From an uncultured Spirochaetota bacterium (GTDB lineage: Bacteria; Spirochaetota; UBA4802; UBA5550): 64,000 nucleotides of DNA. The stretch is from contig CAWHAA010000002.1 in the NCBI GenBank assembly GCA_963827275.1, forward strand, positions 224,001 through 288,000, given 5' to 3'. Position numbers and translations under genes: made by a program. The notes beneath the pieces were generated by a model that saw nothing but the letters and a program-made list of their open reading frames with translations, ran no database searches and was not told the DNA's origin. Positions 31,500-38,862 of the stretch are shown one piece after another. Numbering within the stretch: position 1 is the first letter of the stretch; the number at the start of each line of letters is the position of its first letter.

Positions 31500-31946
31500 A
31501 TGAAACGCGCCGCACTTGTTTTTGCCATCATGTTTATTTTTGCCGCAGCGCAGGCCCAGCAGATCCAGTTCATCAACGATCTATCCGCTAAAAAAACCGT
31601 TTCGTTCGGCGAGGCGGTGACCATGTACATGTACACCCTGGGCAGGGCCCCCGCGGGGTTCGACGCGGACGTGGCGGTCCTGAAGGGCATGAAGCTCCTC
31701 AAGGCGAAGAGCTACGACCGGGCGGCCCCGCTCCGGCGCGGCATGATCGCCCTTGTCGCGGCCCGGCACCTGAAGCTGAAGGGCTCGCTCTTCTTCCTGA
31801 TGTTCGACACGCAGCGGTACGCGCACCGCGCCTGCGTGGCGGAGGATATCATGGACGCCGGCACCAGCGAGCATGACACGCTGACCGGCGACGAGTTCCT
31901 CGAGGTCATCGCGAAGATAGCGGAGCGCATGGAGGCGGCGAAATGA
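31500..31946 (+). CDS. Small exported hypothetical protein
   Basis: Signal peptide ending AQA; overlaps the next gene (ATGA). PLRRG.IA and LTGDEFL are weakly SLH-like. Confidence 0.75.
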   Translation: MKRAALVFAIMFIFAAAQAQQIQFINDLSAKKTVSFGEAVTMYMYTLGRAPAGFDADVAVLKGMKLLKAKSYDRAAPLRRGMIALVAARHLKLKGSLFFLMFDTQRYAHRACVAEDIMDAGTSEHDTLTGDEFLEVIAKIAERMEAAK

Positions 31947-33406
31947 AACGGACGGCATCCATAGCGATTATGCTCCTCGTCACCGTGGCCGCCGCGCCGC
32001 TTACGGCCGCGGATGTCAGGGCAAAAGACGACCGGTATTTCCCCGAGTTCCAGGCGGACGAGGACCTGCGGGCCGTCACGTCGGACAAGAACATGCTGTC
32101 GAGCGGCGTCTCGTACGGCGCATGGGTCACGCCGGCCTTCATGTACCAGGAGGGGACGGGGAGCACCCTCTCCACCCTGGTCACGACGTTCCGGGTCTGG
32201 TTCAAGACCTACCTCTGGGACAACAGCTTCCTCTATCTCCGCGCGAAGGACACCTATACCTGGGTCATCAGGGAGAAGGGCACCGGGAACGAGAAGGACA
32301 CGAATGTCATCGACCTTGACATCGGCTACCTCGGCATGGCGTCGCCGCGCAGGGAGGTCGATTTTTCCGTCGGCAGGAAATACTTTGTCCTCGGGTCCGG
32401 CCTCGTCCTCGAGGGTCGCGGCGACGGCGCGGAGTTCAATTTTTACTCGAAGTACGTGAACATAAAGGCGCTGGGCTGCTGGACCGGGTGGCTGGCGAAG
32501 GACGACAACCCCTACGGCCTGAGCGACCGGGACCTGTCGACCGGCGCGAAGCGGGTGTTCACCGGCGGGAAGCTCTCCACGTCATGGTTCAACCAGACCC
32601 TGTACGTCATCGGCCTGGCCCAGTTCGATTTCGGCAAGGAGTATTACAACAGGAAGCGGCTGATCACGGCGGCCATCGCGGGGAGCGACACCTACTACAA
32701 GTATTACGGCCAGAGGAGCCATTACCAGTCGCAGTATTACGGGGCGGGGCTCGAGGGCGTGATCGTGAGCGGGCTCTCCTACTCGGGCGAGTTCATCATG
32801 GAGCGCGGCAGGAGCTACCTCTCCGGGTACAGCATCGTGAAAGACGTGCTCGCCTACGCCGGGCAGTTCAAGCTGAACTATTTCTTCGACGTGCTGCTCA
32901 AGCCGGCGCTGCAGCTGCATTACGCCTTCGGGTCCGGCGACACCAACCGGAAGGACTACCGGATACCCAACGGCAACCAGTGGGGCAAGGACCGCGGCTT
33001 CCTCTATTTCGGCACCTTCGTGGGCGGGTACGCGCTGAGGCCGTACCTTGCCAACCTGCACATGATAAGCGCCGGCGCGTCGTTCTCGCCCTTCTCCTGG
33101 TCGTCGATATACCAGGTCAAAAACCTGACCTTCACGCTGAAATATATCTATTACCTGAAGTACAAGACCTGGGCGCCCATCAACTACGGGCTGGACGCGA
33201 CACGGCCGAACCGCCATATCGGCCAGGGGATCGATCTGTCCCTCCGCTGGCTCCTCCTGTCCGATTTTTCCCTGTTCTGCAATTACGGGTGGTTCAAGCC
33301 GGGCAGGGCGTACGGCTACTATTACGATTTCATTCTCGGGGACCAGACCTACTCGTCGCGGTCCGAGCGTCATTTCGTGATGGCGGGCTGCAACATCAGC
33401 TTCTGA
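31943..33406 (+). CDS. Outer-membrane beta-barrel protein (alginate-export/porin-like)
   Basis: Signal peptide; aromatic-rich alternating strands; VGRKY..LGSG, YAFGSGD, IGQGIDL; terminal Phe (CNISF). Confidence 0.78.
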   Translation: MKRTASIAIMLLVTVAAAPLTAADVRAKDDRYFPEFQADEDLRAVTSDKNMLSSGVSYGAWVTPAFMYQEGTGSTLSTLVTTFRVWFKTYLWDNSFLYLRAKDTYTWVIREKGTGNEKDTNVIDLDIGYLGMASPRREVDFSVGRKYFVLGSGLVLEGRGDGAEFNFYSKYVNIKALGCWTGWLAKDDNPYGLSDRDLSTGAKRVFTGGKLSTSWFNQTLYVIGLAQFDFGKEYYNRKRLITAAIAGSDTYYKYYGQRSHYQSQYYGAGLEGVIVSGLSYSGEFIMERGRSYLSGYSIVKDVLAYAGQFKLNYFFDVLLKPALQLHYAFGSGDTNRKDYRIPNGNQWGKDRGFLYFGTFVGGYALRPYLANLHMISAGASFSPFSWSSIYQVKNLTFTLKYIYYLKYKTWAPINYGLDATRPNRHIGQGIDLSLRWLLLSDFSLFCNYGWFKPGRAYGYYYDFILGDQTYSSRSERHFVMAGCNISF

Positions 33407-33520
33407 CGGGAGACACGCCTTCCTCCGGCAGGACGTCCGGGGGCGGGCACCCGCCGCTCTAATGAAACACAGGGCCTGCGCGGACACCGGCAGGCCGTTG
33501 TAATTATGCGAGGTGCGCCG

Positions 33521-36283
33521 ATGATGAAAAAATACCTGGAGCTGGCCAGCCGGTTTATCGAGGAGAACAGGTTTTCCGGCATCGCCGTCTCCCTCGCCTG
33601 CTTCCTGCTGGTGGCGCTTTTTTGCCTGACCGCCGTGTACGAGCGGTTCGAGCTGAACCTCTATGACCTCCGCCTCAAGCTGATGCCCTCCATGAAGGAA
33701 TGGGACCGGCTCGCCTTCCTCGACGTTGACGAAAACAGCATCACGATCGTGGGACAGTACCCATGGCCGAGGGACCTGTACGCCCAAGGCCTGGACACCC
33801 TGAAGAGCGTCAACGTGGCGCAGGCGAGCTTTGACATGATGTTCCTTGACGAATCGCCCCGGACGCTCGACGGCCCCGCTTTCGAAGAACTCAGCAAAAA
33901 ATTTGAGAAGGAGGGGAGCATTTCCCTCAAGGACCTCGATGACGCCGGGACCGACAAGGACAAGATGTTCGCGGACAGCATCGCCTCGATGGACAGGGTG
34001 GTCCTCTCCTATACGATGAATGACGAGCCGGCGAACTACGATGTGCTGGAGCGGCAGAAAAAGGAATCGTTCAGGAAGGCGCAAAAGCGGTTCTTCGAGA
34101 AGGCGAGCGTGAAGCTGTCGCCCGCTGAGCTGAAGCGGCTGGACAGCCTTGTTGACCGGAAGGTCAAAAGCATCTCCTACCCGGTCCCGGAATTCATGGA
34201 GACCGGGCATTCATTCGGCTTCGTGAACCGCTTTACCGACATAGACGGGACCGTCCGCAGGGTGCAGCTGGTCAAGGTGTTTGACGGGCGGCTTTACTTT
34301 AACCTGGCCATGGCCATGCTCATGGATGTCTGCCGCGTGCCGATGAAGAGCGTCGAGGTGTACCCGGGGAAGAGGATCGTCATGAAAAAGGCGCTCCATC
34401 CCCTCTCGCGGTCAATAGCGGACATCTCCATCCCGATCGATGCCAGGGGCATGATGTACGTCACGTGGGCCGGCTCCGGCAGGGGGAAGGACGGCAGGCG
34501 GGAGAACACCTTCCGCCTGCTTCCCTTCTACGCGCTGCTCGAGTACCCGCGGCACGCGGAAACCGCAAGGAAGATCTTCGAGCAGGAGGACCAGATCAAG
34601 ACGGAGCAGCTGGCCGAGCTGGAGGAACAGCTCGAGGGCTTCAGCGACGCGCTGCAGGGCGCGGACGGCGGGGCGAAGAAGCAATTTACCGCGGGCATCG
34701 ACGATGTGAAGAAGCGCATGGCGGCGCTGAAGAAGAACGGGCTCCTTGCCGACCTTGAAGGGCGCCTTGCCGCGGCGCGGCTGGAATACGCCGAGGCCGC
34801 GGACCCGGCCGTCATGAAGAAAAAATGGGAGGAGATCGTCGGCCTGAAGAAGCGCATAAACGGGACCAAGCGCGAATACCAGGAAAATTACGCGGCGGAG
34901 ATACGCAGGCTGAAGGGAGAAACGGGGAAGCGCGCCGGGACCGTGAAGAACGAGCTGGCCCAGTTTGAGTTTCTCCACAAGGCCATGGACCTGGCGATCC
35001 GGGTGGAAAGCCTCTCCGATTCGATCATCCTTGCCGGCCTGACCGCGGCGGGGACCCAGGACATAGGTGCCATCCCCCTGCACAACGAGTACGCGGGGGT
35101 GGGGACCTACCACAACACGATCAACACCATCGTCCAGGATGAGTACATCAAGCGGGTGAACCTGCCTGTCAATCTGGCAGTGATGCTGCTCATCGCGGTC
35201 GCCATGGGATTTTTCATCCAGCGCCTGGACGCCAAGAAGTCGCTCGTCACGATGCTCGCGGCCTTCATCGTGGTGAACGCCGGCGTCATGCTCCTGTTCC
35301 TGTTTTTTAAAATATGGATGCAGCAGGTGGGCATCGCGCTGGCGATGTTCCTCCCCTCCCTGGCCATTGTCGCCATCAAGTTCATGAAGGAAGAGAGCCA
35401 GAAGCGCTTTATCAAGAGCGCCTTCTCCTATTACCTCTCGCCCAGCGTCATTGACGAGATCATCAAGGACCCGGACTCGCTCGGGCTCGGCGGCGAGGAC
35501 CGCGAGATCACCATTTTCTTCTCGGACGTCAAGGGGTTTTCCACTATCTCGGAAAAGCTCACGCCGCGCGAGCTCGTCGTCCGCCTGAATGAATACCTGA
35601 CCGAAATGACGGACGTCATACTGAAGTACAACGGCACCGTGGACAAGTATATCGGCGACGCGATCATGGCGTTCTACGGCGCCCCGGTACTCATGCCGGA
35701 CCACCCCGTCAAGGCGTGCCTGGCCGCCATCGACATGAAGAAGCGGCTGCGCGAGCTGCAGGAGCAATGGCGGAAGAGCGGCATGGAGCCGATCTTCGCG
35801 CGGATGGGGTTACACTCCGGCAAGGCGACCGTGGGCAACATGGGGTCGCGCACCAGGATGGACTATACCGTCATGGGCGACGCGGTCAACCTCGCGTCGC
35901 GCCTCGAGGGGGCGAACAAGTCGTTCGACACGCACGCCATGATCAGCGGCTCCACGTATGAGGGCGCGAAGAACGAGATCGACGCGCGCCAGCTCGGCAG
36001 GATAAAGGTGGTGGGCAAGCAGGAAGCCGTGCCCATCTATGAGCTGCTGGGGCGCAGGGGAAAGCTCCCCGGCCGGATCTACGAGATGCTTGAAAAGTAC
36101 AACCAGGGCAGGGACTATTTCACGAAGCGCGACTGGAAGCAGGCGCGGTCACTCTTCCGCAGCGCGCTGAAGATCGTTCCGGATGACGGCCCCTCCCGGA
36201 TCTACGCCGAACAGTGCGAGCACTACCTCAAGACGCCGCCCCCGCGGGGATGGGACGGGGTGTTTGTGCTGAAGACAAAATAA
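33521..36283 (+). CDS. CHASE2-domain class III adenylate cyclase with C-terminal TPR-like helix pair
   Basis: CHASE2 (DVDENS..YPWPR, FDMMF.E, DIDGTVRR), 3 TM helices, cyclase FSDVKGFS, DKYIGDAIMA, YTVMGDAVNLASRLEG, VVGK, WDGV. Confidence 0.95.
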   Translation: MMKKYLELASRFIEENRFSGIAVSLACFLLVALFCLTAVYERFELNLYDLRLKLMPSMKEWDRLAFLDVDENSITIVGQYPWPRDLYAQGLDTLKSVNVAQASFDMMFLDESPRTLDGPAFEELSKKFEKEGSISLKDLDDAGTDKDKMFADSIASMDRVVLSYTMNDEPANYDVLERQKKESFRKAQKRFFEKASVKLSPAELKRLDSLVDRKVKSISYPVPEFMETGHSFGFVNRFTDIDGTVRRVQLVKVFDGRLYFNLAMAMLMDVCRVPMKSVEVYPGKRIVMKKALHPLSRSIADISIPIDARGMMYVTWAGSGRGKDGRRENTFRLLPFYALLEYPRHAETARKIFEQEDQIKTEQLAELEEQLEGFSDALQGADGGAKKQFTAGIDDVKKRMAALKKNGLLADLEGRLAAARLEYAEAADPAVMKKKWEEIVGLKKRINGTKREYQENYAAEIRRLKGETGKRAGTVKNELAQFEFLHKAMDLAIRVESLSDSIILAGLTAAGTQDIGAIPLHNEYAGVGTYHNTINTIVQDEYIKRVNLPVNLAVMLLIAVAMGFFIQRLDAKKSLVTMLAAFIVVNAGVMLLFLFFKIWMQQVGIALAMFLPSLAIVAIKFMKEESQKRFIKSAFSYYLSPSVIDEIIKDPDSLGLGGEDREITIFFSDVKGFSTISEKLTPRELVVRLNEYLTEMTDVILKYNGTVDKYIGDAIMAFYGAPVLMPDHPVKACLAAIDMKKRLRELQEQWRKSGMEPIFARMGLHSGKATVGNMGSRTRMDYTVMGDAVNLASRLEGANKSFDTHAMISGSTYEGAKNEIDARQLGRIKVVGKQEAVPIYELLGRRGKLPGRIYEMLEKYNQGRDYFTKRDWKQARSLFRSALKIVPDDGPSRIYAEQCEHYLKTPPPRGWDGVFVLKTK

Positions 36284-36300
36284 CGGTTGCTCGCTTACTA

Positions 36301-36348
36301 TGAATGTGTCCCCCCATGGGTCCCGCCATGGGGGCACAATTCATTTTA
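36301..36348 (+). terminator. Hairpin terminator after the cyclase
   Basis: TGAATGTGTCCCCCCATGG / CCATGGGGGCACAATTCA imperfect stem followed by TTTT. Confidence 0.6.
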
Positions 36349-36567
36349 TGTCAACCGGACTCCTCTCGAATCAAGCCCGCTCCGGCACAAAAAAGCGCCC
36401 GGCAGGGGCCTTGAAATTTAAACAGGCACCCGTGAAAAATAGTTGAATCTTCCGATTGCCCTCATTACTTTTATGTATATCGGCAATCATGGATTCACGC
36501 AATCCCGTTCCCTGTTACTGTGGTAAAAGCAGGCGTGTTTTTGTTGTGACCATCAGGAAACAGCGTT

Positions 36568-37683
36568 ATGATAAAGGAAAAGATACGGGAGTATATCGAA
36601 CATCTTTTTAATACCGCCGATATTCAGATCGGCGGGGGCAGGCCCTGGGATATCCGGGTACACAACGATGCCCTGTTCCACAGGGTTTTCAAGGGCGGCT
36701 CGCTGGCCCTGGGGGAAGCCTACAGTGATGGATGGTGGGACTGCGAGGCCCTGGACCAGTTTTTCCACCGGTTGTTCCGCGCCCGTCTGGATGAAAAGGT
36801 CAATCCCCTGTCCATCATCGCGGTGCTGGAATCGATATTCCTTAACATGCAGAACAGGGTGCGGTCGCGATGGGTGGTCGACAGGCATTACGACCTCGAC
36901 GTGAACCTCTACCTGTCGTTCCTTGACCCCTACAACCAGTACACCTGCGGTTATTTCAAGGATACCGGCGACCTCGACAGGGCGCAGGAGCAGAAGCTTG
37001 ACCTCATCTGCCGGAAACTCATGCTCTCCCCAGAGGATTCCGTTCTGGACATTGGATGCGGCTGGGGCGGCTTTTCGAGGTTCGCGGCCGAACGATACGG
37101 GTGCAGCGTAACGGGGATTACCATATCCGACGAGCAGCTGCAATACGCCCGCGAGTTCTGCAAGGACCTGCCGGTGGCAATCGTCAAATCGGACTACCGT
37201 GATTTCAAGGGCAGCTTTGACAAGGTGCTGGTGTGCGGCATGATCGAGCATGTCGGTTATAAAAACCACCGGAAGCTCATGGAGATGGCGTTCAATTCGC
37301 TCAAAGAACAGGGCCTGTTCCTGCTGCAGACCATCGGGAAGAATGTTTCAACCAGGAGGGGGGACCCCTGGGTCAACAAATATATCTTTCCCAACGGGCT
37401 TATCCCTTCGGCAAAGCAGATTACCGCGGCCGCCGAAGGACATTTCAGCATCGGTGACTGGCATTGTATGGGACCGCACTACGACCGCACCCTCCTGGCC
37501 TGGCATGACAATTTCATAAAAAATTGGGACCGCATTAAAAGCGCCTATGACGAACGGTTTTACCGCCTGTGGAACTACTATTTCCTCAGTTGCGCGGCTG
37601 CCTTCAGGGCGCAGATAATTGACCTCTGGCAGATCGTGTTTTCAAAAAGCGGCCTTCCTGGGGACTATGTCTGCATCAGGTGA
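36568..37683 (+). CDS. cfa: Cyclopropane-fatty-acyl-phospholipid synthase
   Basis: GSLALGEAYSDGWW, HYDL, YTCGYF, LDIGCGWGG, GMIEHVG, YIFPNG, HYDRTLLAW. Confidence 0.97.
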   Translation: MIKEKIREYIEHLFNTADIQIGGGRPWDIRVHNDALFHRVFKGGSLALGEAYSDGWWDCEALDQFFHRLFRARLDEKVNPLSIIAVLESIFLNMQNRVRSRWVVDRHYDLDVNLYLSFLDPYNQYTCGYFKDTGDLDRAQEQKLDLICRKLMLSPEDSVLDIGCGWGGFSRFAAERYGCSVTGITISDEQLQYAREFCKDLPVAIVKSDYRDFKGSFDKVLVCGMIEHVGYKNHRKLMEMAFNSLKEQGLFLLQTIGKNVSTRRGDPWVNKYIFPNGLIPSAKQITAAAEGHFSIGDWHCMGPHYDRTLLAWHDNFIKNWDRIKSAYDERFYRLWNYYFLSCAAAFRAQIIDLWQIVFSKSGLPGDYVCIR

Positions 37684-37820
37684 GAAAAGCCCAAAACGGG
37701 GATAGATGAGCATCATGCCCGGCAAGATGAATCGCGTATTCCTCAACGCATCCATTGAAGCACACCGGGGCGGGGACGATGGGCGAATGGGTTCTGCTTT
37801 ACAGGTTTACTGAAATACAT

Positions 37821-38081
37821 TCACGCGTATGCGTTCACTACCCTTGAAAGCTCTTCCGATTTCTCTATTATCGTTTTCGTCATTTCGATGATCTTCTCGT
37901 TCACCTGCGCCACTTCCGATGCCATCTCCGAGAGGCGCTCAATTGTTTTAAGCGACTGGTTCATGGAGTTCATCTGCTCGGCCGTCCCCGTTGCTATATC
38001 CCGCGTGGCCTCGTCGATGATGGCGGCCTGTTCGCTGATTAATTTCAACAAAGATGTCGCTTCTGTATGCAGTGTTATCAT
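37821..38081 (-). pseudogene. C-terminal fragment of a methyl-accepting chemotaxis protein
   Basis: IATGTAEQMNSMNQ..IERLSEMASEVA..SEELSRVV resembles an MCP methylation helix; no signalling tip or sensor domain. Confidence 0.6.
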
Positions 38082-38092
38082 TATAATCCAAG

Positions 38093-38207
38093 AAATTATG
38101 CCCTCTCCGGTACAGGCCCATGGGATACAAAGCTTTTTTGTAAAGCCGCTCCCTTTCAGAGAAGTTTCTTTATAAAACAAAAAGCGCTGGAGAAAGAGCA
38201 TAAATTT
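38093..38207. repeat. ~115-bp imperfect direct repeat, copy 1 (self-complementary ends)
   Basis: 38093-38133 matches 38702-38742 at 34/41 nt; TAAAACAAAAAGCGCTGGA at 38173-38191 is identical to 38783-38801. Confidence 0.9.
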
Positions 38208-38248
38208 AATTTATTGACATCCTTATAAGAATGAAATAAATAATAAAA

Positions 38249-38512
38249 ATGGAAATATTGTATTCATCCAAAGCGGCAAAACAGCTTAAAAAAATAGCAA
38301 AAGGTGACAAGCAGAGCGCACAGCTGATAATTCATGGAATCGAACTATATGCCAATAATCCCGCAAAAAGTCATGATGTTAAGTTATTGAAAGGACGCCT
38401 GGGGATTTTTAAACGGCTTCGCGTCGGGAATTATCGGATACTATTTGACGACAATAACAGGATCATGCACATATACGAAATTAAACAGCGCCAGGGGGCC
38501 TACAATGATTAA
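38249..38512 (+). CDS. Type II toxin, RelE/ParE family
   Basis: YSSKAAKQLKK, DVKLLKG, KRLRVGNYRILF, IKQRQGAY; AT-rich. Confidence 0.92.
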   Translation: MEILYSSKAAKQLKKIAKGDKQSAQLIIHGIELYANNPAKSHDVKLLKGRLGIFKRLRVGNYRILFDDNNRIMHIYEIKQRQGAYND

Positions 38513-38693
38513 AACCCAATATATTAAAAAAGACGATAAAACAATAGCGGTCATACTCGATTACAAGGAATATAAACGATTGAAAGAAATCGAAGAAGAC
38601 AAAAAAGACTACTACTCCGCTTTAAAAGTCAAAGAAGAAAATAAAAAGTGGATTAAACATGAGAATCTGAAGAAAGAACTCGGGATTAAATAA
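38505..38693 (+). CDS. Putative antitoxin (62 aa, encoded after the toxin)
   Basis: Overlaps the toxin stop; AVILDYKEYKRL..EED..D pattern and ..LKKELG end typical of small RelE partners. Confidence 0.75.
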   Translation: MIKTQYIKKDDKTIAVILDYKEYKRLKEIEEDKKDYYSALKVKEENKKWIKHENLKKELGIK

Positions 38694-38701
38694 TTATTCA
38701 A

Positions 38702-38817
38702 AAATTGCGCCTTCTCCGGTACTGGCTCATGGGGCACAAAGCGATTTACCAGAACCTGCCCCTCTTAAATGAGGCCCAATATTAAAACAAAAAGCGCTGG
38801 ACAGAGGGCTCAAATTT
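38702..38817. repeat. ~115-bp imperfect direct repeat, copy 2
   Basis: See copy 1; offset 609-610 bp. Confidence 0.9.
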
Positions 38818-38862
38818 GTATTACAAAAATCTATAAATAACTCATGTAAAGAAGGAGCTGAT

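Noticed and set aside
32488..35767. Long alternative-frame and antisense ORFs (32488-33462, 32582-34210, 34412-35767)
   Set aside because: Shadow ORFs caused by high GC3 codon bias in the real genes; no recognisable motifs.
38110..38135. GGGATACAAAGC / GGGGCACAAAGC in the repeats resembles the c-di-GMP-I riboswitch GGGACGCAAAGC
   Set aside because: No upstream GGCAAAC element or GNRA-capped P2 stem; unsupported without an Rfam hit.
38093..38817. CRISPR array or canonical integron
   Set aside because: Only two long diverged repeats around genes; no cas genes, no intI, no RYYYAAC/GTTRRRY cores.
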